A stretch of DNA of 64,000 nt from Lepidodermella squamata (taxonomy: Eukaryota; Animalia; Gastrotricha): positions 1,302,001-1,366,000 of the forward strand of contig JBLDXI010000010.1 of the NCBI GenBank assembly GCA_047495785.1, in the 5' to 3' direction. A program made the translations under genes and the position numbers. The notes beneath the pieces were generated by a model, which worked only from the letters and a program-made list of their open reading frames with translations, was not told where the DNA came from and searched no databases. The number at the start of each line of letters is the position of its first letter. Within the stretch, counting starts at the first letter, position 1. This document shows positions 10,155 to 21,600 of the stretch, piece by piece.

Positions 10155-11805
10155 TGAATAAAAGCAATATCAACTTGGCAATGAAAATCTCCCGATTTGA
10201 CTGTATAACCTCAAATGCGATTTTCCCACCAAATGTTAATATTTAATTTAAGTGGGTCAATTGTCCCACTTGTGATAATCCAAGGCGATATCGGCTATTA
10301 CATTTGAAGTAAAATTAAAACTACATTTTCTTTTGCGAGAGTTTGATTGCACTTATCGCTTATACCGGACGGTTGTTACATAAATGTTCTACTTGGAAAC
10401 ATCGACGACAACTCAATTTGTTACAAATTATGAAGTGTGAGTAAACTCAAGTCGGTACTTGTGTATAATCGGCATTGAGTGTCGCAAAAATCGCCAATCC
10501 AAACCATCATCCCCAATACTGAGTTCATACAAGTTGCAGCTTAGTTTACTCAAATTGTCAAAACTAAAACGCTGCCGGCCTTTGAGGGTTAATATGAAAC
10601 CATCCACAAAAAAGCTGTGATAATTTTTTGGTGATTATCATCTTAAGGAGGGAGCACATAGAAGTTTTTCGAATGTGACGTGACGTCACGTGACAGCGTA
10701 ATAGCCTCATTATGGGAGTTGCAACGAAATAGAATATGCAAATGAGATAAAAGGCGCGCGATAAGCTGTTCCGGGCAGTTCGTCGATCAAATTTGGGTAC
10801 AGGAAGAGCCTGTCCACAGAAACTGGGGTTGGCCTCCCAAATCTGCCCACGTTCATACAGTGTGGTCTGAAAAGCAAAGAACGCACACTTCTTCAAATAC
10901 CTATCTTTAGCAAGTCCAAACAACGCCTGATGACATTTCGCACTCATCCGGGTTCCGAGTTTCGAGCTCGCTCTAGGCTCGTCCGCGAAGGAGCTCTTTA
11001 GATAAAAAAAGAGCATTTTTTTCGGGCCGCCTGCAAAACAACCGAATTGTTTATTTTTATTATGAGGGATGCTGACGAGCAGCCTCTCATACATAAATCC
11101 GGAGAACGAATATACTGCAAATCCTGCAAGGATCAGTTATGTTTTTATTGATTGCCCATGAAACCCATAAATGCTTATAAAAATAATGCTAATGAAGTTT
11201 ATTGTAGATAATCGAATTCGCGGGAGCTTACCTATGTGTTGAACGATAGGGCGGGCGAAAAGGTGTTCAATTACGCGTGCGAAAAGGTGAGCGGTTCTAG
11301 TTTTTTTAGAGATGCGTTATTTTTACGTAATAAACATCATTACCACCTGTCAGTTTTTTCGCTACGTATTTACGACTACGAAAAAAGTAATAAATTACAT
11401 ACATACAAACATTAGTAACACACAATCTTCGAGCGTTCGAGCTGCTAGAATCGCTATGATCCCACTTCCCTCTCTCGGCATGAAAAGTCAACATTCGACA
11501 TTCCCTGCAAGAATGAAGAATGCATGGTAGCACTCGTGAGAAGAGGAGCTCGCTACCCACCACTATGAAACGCCGCATTGTATGAATGCTGCTGGTATGC
11601 AGCGATCGTTTTTGAGAGATATCTATGCGTAAAAAACCATCAATCCTTATTCTTATTCTACTTACTACCTAATGAGGGATTTCGTGCCAATTTTTGATGG
11701 GCCAGCTTTTATATTGGTTGCCACAGTTTGCAAGACAATTGCTTCGTTTTCTTTGAACGATATTTTGTCTTGAATATATTCAGCTTAGGTAATTACAAGA
11801 TTACA

Positions 11806-13458
11806 ATGAAGCACGTACTCTCTTTGCTGGCGTTCCTTATTTTCGTTAGCTATGCTAGCGCTGTGAAGAAAAAAGTCCCGGCAACATGCACACTTAAGCG
11901 TGAGGATCTTACAGCCCTGATCAAAGCGATCAACAATCCTAGTTCGAATGTCAAGTTCGTTAAAACTGCGTGCAGCGACTTCAGCGAGAGCATGCTGCAA
12001 GATGCCACGTGCGGCACATTGACCTCATTGATCGAATGCGGATACGACAAAATCATAAAAATTGCGACCGAGATGCGCCCTGCAGCTGATTTCGACGCGC
12101 TTATAGCAGAGCGCAACAATTTGGAGGCCCTCCTGGAGCAATCGCGCGACAACCTGGGTAGGCAGAACACTCAGTGGCAGGAGGTATATGATGAACAAAT
12201 GCGCCAGTACAACACCATCGTCAGGCGGCTTGTCGAGTCGGAGATTGACAGTGGTCGCATCAACGGAGCGATAAAGCTGTTCTATTCGCTGAGTGACGCG
12301 CCGAACCTCGTCGGTGCTGTGGTTCGCGAGGCATACGAATATAAAGGCGATGAGCACAATTCCAGCAAGATGCATCTTGAGAATTTCGACAAGGTGATGC
12401 GTTTTATCAGAAAGCTCAAAACATACAACCAAGATGTTTCAGCATACGAAGCTTTGCTGTCCGCAATGGAAAGAAACAACCATAAAGAGAGTTTAAAAAT
12501 GCTCCGATTCGATTTCGAGGTTCGACAGCACCTGTCGAAGTCAGCGACTGTAAAATCGTTTTACGAATCAAATCAACATCGACTTGGCTCTTATGCAATG
12601 AATATCATAAGTCAATGGGCGTTGAAAATTCAGCAATGGAACGACTGGCAGCAAATTGTCAACTACATAAGAAGCAATTCGGATATGAGGGAATACATCT
12701 TGACGCCGTTGATTGATAAGGCTTATCAAAACGAAGGCCACGTGCGAAATATTTTGAAATTCATCATGGAGCTGCCATTCATCGAAGACGTCATTGTAGC
12801 GCTGTATCAGCTTCTTCCGAAAATGAACGCAAGAGGCCACTACGCTGAGCTTGCCCAAATAGCTGCCTACGTTAAAAGAACTGTCGACCTTCCAAATTAT
12901 GCAGGAGTTAGAAAAGAACTGAAAGACACGATGGACCTTTTGGTGGCCTCGCACGGTGAACAGCTGCTCAGCAATTCCGTAAAGCATCTTGCATTTTGGG
13001 GCCACAAGTTCACCATTCAAAGTCAGCGGCACGAGGGCTACAGGCTTTTCGGAGCCTACGGCTGGGTTATGACATACCCATCCGGCTCATCCGGTAGTCT
13101 GCTCTACTACTCTTGCGCCGGACAATTTCATGTATGGGAAGTCAGTCGATGGTTCACAGATGGCCGCTATTACTTTCGTTTTGTGAACCGAGAAACCAAT
13201 CAGGCACTGGCTATGCTCTCCGATTCCACTGCGGTCACACAAGATGGAGATTTCACCAGTCAATACTGGGATGTGATTTTCGTCAGCCCAGAAGTCGCTT
13301 ACCTGAAAAACTATAAGACAGGCCACATATTGGACTCGAATGCGCTAAAACGATGCTCATATAGCTCCACTGGAGAGTGCACCAAGGTTTACGGGTACGG
13401 TTCGTACGTGTCAGGCAACTTGCACCATCACTGGAAGTTCAATTTTGAATTTTTGTGA
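11806..13458 (+). CDS. Intronless secreted protein (~550 aa): signal peptide, coiled coil, helical region, C-terminal beta-trefoil (ricin-B/30K-lipoprotein-like)
   Basis: ATG at 11806 gives MKHVLSLLAFLIFVSYASA (signal peptide); the ORF-track start at 11728 is a TTG. The C-terminus has trefoil-like motifs WEV...YYFRFVNRETNQAL, QYWDV...YLKNYKTGHILD and HHWKF. Confidence 0.7.
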   Translation: MKHVLSLLAFLIFVSYASAVKKKVPATCTLKREDLTALIKAINNPSSNVKFVKTACSDFSESMLQDATCGTLTSLIECGYDKIIKIATEMRPAADFDALIAERNNLEALLEQSRDNLGRQNTQWQEVYDEQMRQYNTIVRRLVESEIDSGRINGAIKLFYSLSDAPNLVGAVVREAYEYKGDEHNSSKMHLENFDKVMRFIRKLKTYNQDVSAYEALLSAMERNNHKESLKMLRFDFEVRQHLSKSATVKSFYESNQHRLGSYAMNIISQWALKIQQWNDWQQIVNYIRSNSDMREYILTPLIDKAYQNEGHVRNILKFIMELPFIEDVIVALYQLLPKMNARGHYAELAQIAAYVKRTVDLPNYAGVRKELKDTMDLLVASHGEQLLSNSVKHLAFWGHKFTIQSQRHEGYRLFGAYGWVMTYPSGSSGSLLYYSCAGQFHVWEVSRWFTDGRYYFRFVNRETNQALAMLSDSTAVTQDGDFTSQYWDVIFVSPEVAYLKNYKTGHILDSNALKRCSYSSTGECTKVYGYGSYVSGNLHHHWKFNFEFL

Positions 13459-14252
13459 TAACAATGTCCCGACTGTTACTAGGTAGCAGCTTGCCAAATG
13501 ACAACGGATAATACGAGTTTCTTAGTTTTTACAATACAAATGGTTATTGACTATTTTACAGGAATCTTCTAAGACAGAAATTACATGAAATTACATGGAA
13601 TTAAAAACTAAAAAAAGTGTAATCGTTAACTAAAAAGAGACCTAGATCCTCGGTAAAAAATATACAAAAATATTTAATTTATCTACATTTATGTGAAGTC
13701 CTATGATCCCGGTGAAAAATTATCACCCCATACCTCTGTAATCAAACAAGGGTCTATCTAGCCACCCTACCTCACGCAAAATTATGAGTTATATTTTTAC
13801 CCCCATCCCCAATTATAAAATGCTCGATAAACCGTTGCATTCTGACTATTTTACAATCTCCCGAAACTCTCGCCTTCCTCCTCATTCTGTGACGATGAAA
13901 GCGGTTAGAAATTATCTGAACTATAAATTTAGTGCGTGGGTGCTGCGTGGAACCGTCTGCGCCGTCTTGCGTGGTTAACAACTCTCACAGTGCTTTTTGT
14001 AAACATATAAAAATTAATTCGTCTTCATTGGTAAACTATGTGACTTCTGCGGTGAGGCGCCAAGAAACAACTTTCTGCTAACCTAAACTTAACTATTTGC
14101 CAACTGTTGAAAAACAATTTGCAATAAAAATGAGTATGAGTATTCAGAATGTGAACATCTATCGCCAGTAAATCTATATTTATCGTGAATATCATTTTTC
14201 GTGAATATATGGCAATATATTATTTGTTTTAGAGCATTTTACATTAATCGAT

Positions 14253-14663
14253 ATGAATTTTGCCGCTTATTTTGTCCTGGCCCTGGCTATTCGGGCCCTT
14301 CGCGGCGAATGTCCCTCTCCAAGCTCCGAAAGCATATGTTTTAATAACGGCGAGCTCGTGTGTGCCAGAATATGGGAACACACCGACTGCAACGGTGACA
14401 GATTTGATGCTGCTGATGGTGACAATGGCGAATGGTCGAATGGACAAACGTGGAACGACAGAATTTCATCCCTTACCGTTCGAGAAGGTTGCAGGCTTGA
14501 GCTGAGAGAGCATCAGGGATGGGCAGGTTATGGCGAACGAAAGACTTGGTACGGGCCTCATATAGCAACTAATATTGGCCATCTAAACGATAAGGCGTCT
14601 GGCTATTCGTGCAATTGCGATGACCGCTGCAAACGCGCGCTTTGTCACGACCGGTACCGATGA
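14253..14663 (+). CDS. Small secreted Cys-rich syncollin-like / beta-gamma-crystallin-fold protein
   Basis: 136 aa, intronless. Signal peptide, then the pattern CARIWEHTDCNG...WNDRISSLTVREGC...LNDKASGYSCNC. Confidence 0.7.
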   Translation: MNFAAYFVLALAIRALRGECPSPSSESICFNNGELVCARIWEHTDCNGDRFDAADGDNGEWSNGQTWNDRISSLTVREGCRLELREHQGWAGYGERKTWYGPHIATNIGHLNDKASGYSCNCDDRCKRALCHDRYR

Positions 14664-14922
14664 TGAATCGGTTTATTCAAGTGAACAAGTCCCGGACTCA
14701 TTAATTGTCATGGAAACTGGTGTGAAATGATGTACAGTATAAACACGTGACTGTCGATAATGAAAAATGATTTGACCTATGATGCTATTTTCCTTAACCA
14801 TATCGTTGGCGTCGTCGAAAAAACTCGGATTTAGGCATGTTTACTAAAGCAATAATTTAGCAGACTCGACCACAAAGATAGTTGTTCGGACCAAGAAAAT
14901 ATATTGTTTATAAATAAACCTA

Positions 14923-15038
14923 CAGGGCGTTCGCGTAATAATACTCTGGGTGAGCTAAAAATAGCTACAAAAAAGCTAAAGTGCATTGAAAAAGTAGCAA
15001 AGCTATTTTTAGAAGAGTATTAATACGCGAACGCTCTG
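14923..15038. mobile_element. Tc1/mariner-type MITE (116 bp) with TA target duplication
   Basis: TIRs cagggcgttcgcgtaataatactct / agagtattaatacgcgaacgctctg (23/25 match) with TA on both sides. The paralogous sequence near 17653-17668 shows the empty site (aaacc-ta-aaacc). Confidence 0.85.
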
Positions 15039-15653
15039 TAAAACCGAGTGATTCAGCGGAATTAACGATATTATCCTACACATTTACGGACGCGCTAGGT
15101 TCCTCCGGCCTCTATAAACCTTAACATTGGCCATTTTCAAGAATCATTGTTAGGGCACTCACGGCATTAGGCCGTTCAAAAATTGCGGGCGACGCGCAAT
15201 TCCAGTCTATAAAATAAAACGTAAAACATCGTACCATAAAAACTGCAAAAAAATAAAGCAAAATATATATGAGAAGTTTTGATGGCTTTCCAATGCGGAT
15301 ATAATACATTGTTTTTGGAATAATAAAGAGGTAATGAATAGTTGTCAGTCATATATGATAGATTAATATGTCTAGATTCTAGATAGATGCATAGTGAACC
15401 CCATTCACGTGCGTCAAAGCGACCCCGTTTGCCACGCGTGCCAGCATGACCGTTTGGCCATATCGATCTCTAACTGATGACTATTTGTTTTATCCCTGAC
15501 CAATAAATTATTGCCCCCTGACCAATCTTTATGAAAAAAGTCGTTTAGATTTCTTAATTTCATTTTGAAATTGTAAACATTGACAATTGAAAATAAAAAT
15601 AATTAAAGTTCTGCTAGGAGCTGAACATCGAATGGCAGCTCGAAGTTTCTACC

Positions 15654-15821
15654 AGGCTAGTGCTCAAAACCAATGAGCAACTACGCCGCGATTAATTCTC
15701 CCCTGAAAACTTGATTTTTTCTATCAGTTGGAACAACGACTTCATCCGGAACAACGAGTTTTTATAGAGCAAAAGGACCATTAATCCATCCACCGTTGCT
15801 CATTGGTTTAAGCACTAGCCT
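15654..15821. mobile_element. MITE-like element (~168 bp)
   Basis: 27-28 bp inverted repeats aggctagtgctcaaaaccaatgagcaac / gttgctcattggtttaagcactagcct; no clear TSD. Confidence 0.65.
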
Positions 15822-16204
15822 CAATTATCAAAGATAGCAAGCCTGGTGTCTGGTGTCTCGTTTCGGATTAAACATTTGGACCGTTCTCTTTTACCCGAAC
15901 ATTATTCATTTCGTGAAAGAAAAAACACCGCATTGTGTGAATAATGCTGCAAGCGTTTTTTTTATAGTAGCTAATGTAATTCATCAGAGCTTTTGCATTA
16001 AACCCTACTATCACATCCGGGGTGAAACAATAGGATTTACTTGTACTTGCACAAAACTTTAACACAAACACAATTTTTCTAGCGAATTTCATCCTTTAAT
16101 GCGTATCGAAGCTGGCTAATACAAGGGCAGCTAATACAAGGAAACTTGGAAATATCTCAGAAGACAGGGCTCCAAATCAGTCTTTAGCGCTATCAGTTTA
16201 TTAC

Positions 16205-16445
16205 GGATTCCGACGTTTCGATTTCTAACAGAAATCATCTTAAATAAAATCTTAAGGCGGATATTTCAAATTGATTATGAAGAACGAAAATCGCTATAAT
16301 ATCAGGCAATCCCATTTGTTTCGTCCCTTCATCATCAAGACCTTGAAGTTCTTATCAATGGCTTCCTTCGCAACACCATGGCTCTGCATGTGCTTGCCAA
16401 TTTCCGTATATCTGTGTCCACGCTAACTCGTTCGTGTAAGTGTTT
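16205..16445 (-). mobile_element. Penelope-like retroelement 3' remnant (GIY-YIG endonuclease tail plus degenerate hammerhead-like motif)
   Basis: The minus strand translates, with one frameshift, as KHLHERV/RGHRYTEIGKHMQSHG...KNFKVLMMKGRNKWDCLIL*. It is followed by ttAAGA-TGATTTCT-gtt-AGAAATCG-AAACGTCG, the typical PLE terminal motif. Confidence 0.65.
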
Positions 16446-16481
16446 ATAATAAATCAGTCTTTGATGCCAATAGGCTTTGCC

Positions 16482-16531
16482 TTCAATTTGCTATATTCAA
16501 TTTGCTATATTCAATTTGCTATATTCAATTT
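16482..16531. repeat. 14-bp tandem repeat (ttcaatttgctata) x ~3.5
   Basis: Read directly from the sequence. Confidence 0.9.
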
Positions 16532-16664
16532 TCTTATTAAACTCGATCCCACTTGAAAATTGAGTTTGTAAAAACATTTTCGGACAATAGCTTATGTGCA
16601 CAATTTTCTGAGCCATAGATAATAGATAACGCAAAAAATGTGGCTTTGCACATGGTGACCTTTT

Positions 16665-17668
16665 TAATTCGGATATAAGGGAAGACATCTTGACGCCGTT
16701 GATTGATAAGGCCTATCAAAACGAAGGCCACGTGCGAAATATTGTAAAATTCATCATGGAGCTGCCATTCATCGAAGACGTCATTTTAGCACAGAATAAC
16801 CTTTTTTCCGGAAATGAACGCAAGAGGCCACTACGCTGAGATTGCCCAAATAGCTGCTTTCATTAAAAAAATTATCGGCTTGCCAAATTATGCACAAACA
16901 AGGAAAGACTTGTGGCAGCCTACTTCGGCTGGGTTGTAACATGCCATCCCGGTGGGTTTTAGTGGCTCCAATCATTTTATATATGGAAAGTCAGCCGGTG
17001 GTTCAAAGATGGCCGTTTTTACTTTCGTTTCGTAATCAACGAATCCAATCCGGCACTGGCTATGTTCTCCAATGGCACTGCGGACTGCGGCCTCAAGAAA
17101 TGGGAAATTCACCAATCAATACTGGGATATAATTTTCGTCAGCTCAGATGTCGCTTACCTGAAGAACTATGAGACAGGCCACATATTAGACTTGATGCGC
17201 TGAACACATACCCATTTGTCCCACACTGCACCACGGTTTACGAGTACGGTTCGTACGTGTCAGGCAACTTGCACCATCACTGGAAGTTTATTTAAAGAAT
17301 AAAAAACTAAGACAAATGCAAACGCTAGCTAAAAAGAAACCTAGGTCCTCGGTACTCAGTACACATTAACAAAGTTATTTATTAGGAAAAGCCTTATGTC
17401 CTATGTTCCCGGTGAAAGAATATCACCCCAAACTGGTGTGAAATGATGTGGCTTTCAATAAAACGGAGATAAAACCGTGCCTTTCGATGGAAAATGCTTT
17501 GACCCAGGCCATTTAACTTTTCCATGCTATAGCGTCGTTGAATAACTCGGATTTGGGCACGTTAGTAAGCAATAAGAATGTAGCCGACACCGGCCGACAC
17601 GACTCCAAAGCTTTTATGATATAGTTCAGACGAATAATATATTTCTTTTAGTAAACAAACCTAAAACC
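16665..17668 (+). pseudogene. Decayed partial duplicate of the 3' half of the 11806-13458 gene and its downstream region
   Basis: 16665-16780 is nearly identical to ~12675-12790 (catcttgacgccgttgattgataagg...ccattcatcgaagacgtcatt), followed by frameshifts and deletions. It matches 13398-13438 at ~17228-17268, and ~13600-13730 joined to ~14715-14927 at ~17280-17668. Confidence 0.85.
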
Positions 17669-18689
17669 TAGATTTTCCTATTGTCTGTTTGTTGATTCTC
17701 AATGTGGTTTGCTTCAATGGGTAACAGCCCAAAAATCAGCGAAACCGAGCTGTCAAAAAGCATTTTTCAGAAACGAACTTTTTACTAAAAATCACAAGAA
17801 TTATTTTTTCACCAATTTCTCAAATTTTATCAAAATTTAACGAATGAAGTTTTGCAGGCCGTGAATCAGCCACAGCCTGCAAAACTAAGATCGATGTATG
17901 GTGAGGATCGATGTATGGTGAGGCATTCTGAATTTTGAGTGAAGCTGACTTACATTAAACCTAATTACCAAAAAGAGGCCAATAGGAAATCGACATTAGA
18001 TCGAGACGAACGGCGTGTATGATAGTCGACCCTTTAAAAGATTAAGAATTGTATAACATACCCCGACCGGCACGTGCCGGTCTGGGTATGAGCAAGATTT
18101 TCTTAGTTTCGAATTAAGTTGTGATGAAATTTTTGGTTTTTCTTGCCTTCCGATTTAGCAATTTTTAAGAAAACGGGTTAAGTTTCAGAGTATTGCAGCT
18201 ATCTATTTTTAAAGGAACTTATTGATTCCATCCGTCAGTTCGTCATTTAAAATGAATATATTCATCGCGCTTATTTGTTGAACTGCGCAACTTGCGTTCG
18301 ACTTGCTCGAAATAACTGGAAAGTTTATTAATTTCTTATTAACTTCTAGGGCTATAAATATTCGGTATTGATTTGAAAAGCCGACGTGACTGTTTCCACT
18401 CCCGTTGCAACGTTGGAATTACCGCTTTAGCTACAGCTGACTGTAATATTGATTTCAAATGTTCTCCTGTTCAACTTATTTGCCCTAATGCCGCGACAAT
18501 TTGAGGTATTGTTCAAGTTTGACATTCATTATTTATTAAGAACGCACCTAGTTTAACAAGGCATCATGTTTATGTTTCTAGGAAAGCGTTCATCGATAAT
18601 ACCCGACATAATGCGGTGGCGGATACGACTGACGTTGTTAATCAATCGACTGTAGTGGCTTTTTTCTCGAAAGATACGATAAATGAAAA

Positions 18690-21600
18690 ATGGCTTTCCT
18701 ACTTCTTGGCTCACTCATATTTCTGCTGAGCCCTACAGGAACTGTTGCTCCACCAGATGCAGCAATTATTAACTCGACATTGTCGGCTCTGCCTTCGCTT
18801 GTTGCGTATTGGCCGTTTTCTAACTTGACGGGCTCAAACGATGCAAAATCGAGCAATAAAATCAACGGTTACGCAACTGTCACTCCTCTAGCTTATGTCA
18901 ATGGGCCCTATGGAGTACCACTGACCGGCATTCAACTTGGCCCGACCACGCCGACTAAAACTTACATCATCATCAACAGCACACAGGTGAATCTGGCCAC
19001 TAGTGCTTGGACTTATGCGATGTGGGTGAAAGCCGATGGGACGGGTAACATGCCCTTCATTGATTATTACATTCCTGGCTCGGTAGGCACTATGATTTGG
19101 CAATACCCCAGTACAGATACTGTTAGCTTCGATGGTGGGCCTGGCATATTCGTTCAGCAAACCTGCAAGGTTACTCAAAACTGGACATTCATAGCGGCTA
19201 CTTGGGACAAAGCAGCCGGCCAAACTAAGGCGTTTTGCGACTCAGCATTCTTCACGACCCCACAAACTGTTGCCACACCCAAGATGTCGAATCGCTTTTA
19301 TATAGGCTATAGGTGATGTTCTATACAAAATCTCAAATGTTTGACGAATTCAACATATTTGAAGGGACGCGAGCGCGTCGGTATTCGGTGACACTGGTGC
19401 CAGTATTAAAGTCGCTTGCGCATCAATGCATTCGGCTACATTGAACCTAAATCAGATGCTTCAAGTTCGAGACGCCTGTCAAGTCTTTTCAGGCAATTAT
19501 TATTTTCACTAATTAACCCTCATTCCCGTAAATTTTTGTGAAAATAGCGAGCTGTCCGTCAGTAAATTGCGCGAATGGTGGCACTTGTGTTGGCTACAAC
19601 ATGTGCAAGTGCGCCAGTCCGTTCATCGGAGAAACCTGTGAAATACGTGAGGTCTTAAATATTCGTAAAATTGGTCTATTTGCGCAATTTTTTCCCAGAA
19701 CCGGCTGTTCGACCATATGTGAAGAGCCAATTCGACCTAACACCGAGTCTGATCGCTTTTTGGCCACTGAACACTGACTATAATATCGGTGATGCCAGTA
19801 CAAAAAACGCTCTCAACGCAACGTGGCAGTCATCAACTCCCCCTGATTTCGCAGCCGGCCCGTATGGTTTGAATGGGTCCTCCATAGATTTCACGAATGG
19901 CACTTACGCAACCGTTACATCCAGCCTGTTAAACGTTGGCGCGAATTCCTGGACATTTTCGGCTTGGATTTATGGCGAAAGCGTTTATCACCCGATTGTT
20001 GCATGGCAAAATCCTTCCAGCACGAGCGTTGGTTCTTTCGGGATGCATTTGTGGGCCTATCACGCAAACGACTCGCTTTGGTTCAACTCCTTTGCTCCAA
20101 ATGGCGTTGCTGCCACTTGCAATTACATGCTAACCTGGGTTTTCGTTGCTGTAACTTATGACTCTTCTACTAAAACGGTGAGAATTTTTTGTGATGACTA
20201 CTTCGTTGCGGGGGCGGTTTACAACACCACTTCCAACCCGGTAACCTCGAATACCATGCTATTCGGTCGAACGTAAGGCGATACGAGCTTCAAACTATTG
20301 ATTTCTATTACTATTTTTCCAGTCAAGGAGATCTGAACAACTACTGGGATGGTAGACTGGCTTGCATCTCAGTATATTCCGCAGCCTTATCACAAATGGA
20401 ACTCCTGCGAGTCAGAGATTATTGTAAAATGTTTACTGGTATTGTCTCTCTTACAATCGTACCTTAGCTTGGAGATTGACTTTTTCAGTTAATTTACCGT
20501 CGAAAAATTGCAATAATGGGGGTACACCTATAGCTTACAACCTCTGCGCTTGTGTAGCTCCCTGGAGCGGCCTACAGTGTGATAGAAGTATGTTAAACTG
20601 TCCTCTCTTTTTACTCCATGAAGCAATTGTGGAATTCAGTTGGTTACAATAAGACATACCTTGCTGATCAATTAGCTTCATTGTCGAGCCTGGTCGCTTA
20701 TTGGCCCCTGAATATGGCCTACGGTGTTGGGGATGCATCGGTGAATGCAATAAATGGCGTAATATATCGAGCTCCAGCTTGGAGCGCTGGAGTTTGGGGT
20801 GCGCCTTACGGCAGTCTTCAAGCTAGTTCTGCTTTGAGCCCGAAACGATATGTAACATTTACATCGCCGAACCTGAATGTTGGAACAGGATCCTGGACGC
20901 TGTCAATATGGGTCAACATGGCTTCAGCTAATATAGACGCAATTTTCGAATTTCAACACCCGACTAACCCAACTCCTAATTCCAATGTTTGTGGAATGCA
21001 CTTTGCTCACTCTCCTGCTGGGACTAATAACGTTTGGTTCAACACGATGGCGACTGGCGGTGTCCAGATGAATTGTAAGATTGTTGGCCAATGGACATTC
21101 ATAGCAGCTACTTTTGACTATCCGACCAAGACACTGCGGCTGTTGTGCAACGATTGGTTCGCCGCATCGTATATCGCCAGTGCCGACCCTGTCACATCTA
21201 ACACGCTTTTTCTCGGAATGAGTAACGCAAATCTCACTGGAAGCACTGGCAACTTAGCTTGTGCTTCAATTTTCAACACTGCTTTGAGCTTAGAAGAACT
21301 CATTAAAGTTCGCGACACGTGCGGCCTGTTCTCCCGTAAGATTCGTCGATGCATGTTCTTTTCAGTCTGATTCACCTTGATTTCCTAGCTTCTTGTTCTA
21401 CTGACTGTTTCAATGACGGGAAATGCGTTGGGGTTAATGTATGCTTTTGCCAACCAGGTTGGACCGGTAAATTCTGTGCCTACGGTGAGCATTGACCCAT
21501 GTCCATCTTTCAAAAATATTCGTTCTTTCAATTGATACTTTTAAGCGATTTCACAAGAACAAGACAACCAGAATGCTCTGGCGAAGTTGCCAGATCTCAT

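Noticed and set aside
10250-10271. 22-bp hairpin aagtgggtcaattgtcccactt as a terminator or Helitron end
   Set aside because: Eukaryotic context, and no CTRR terminus at the expected distance.
10564-11578. 176-aa and shorter ORFs in the intergenic region
   Set aside because: No recognisable motifs or splice structure; likely spurious or TE-derived.
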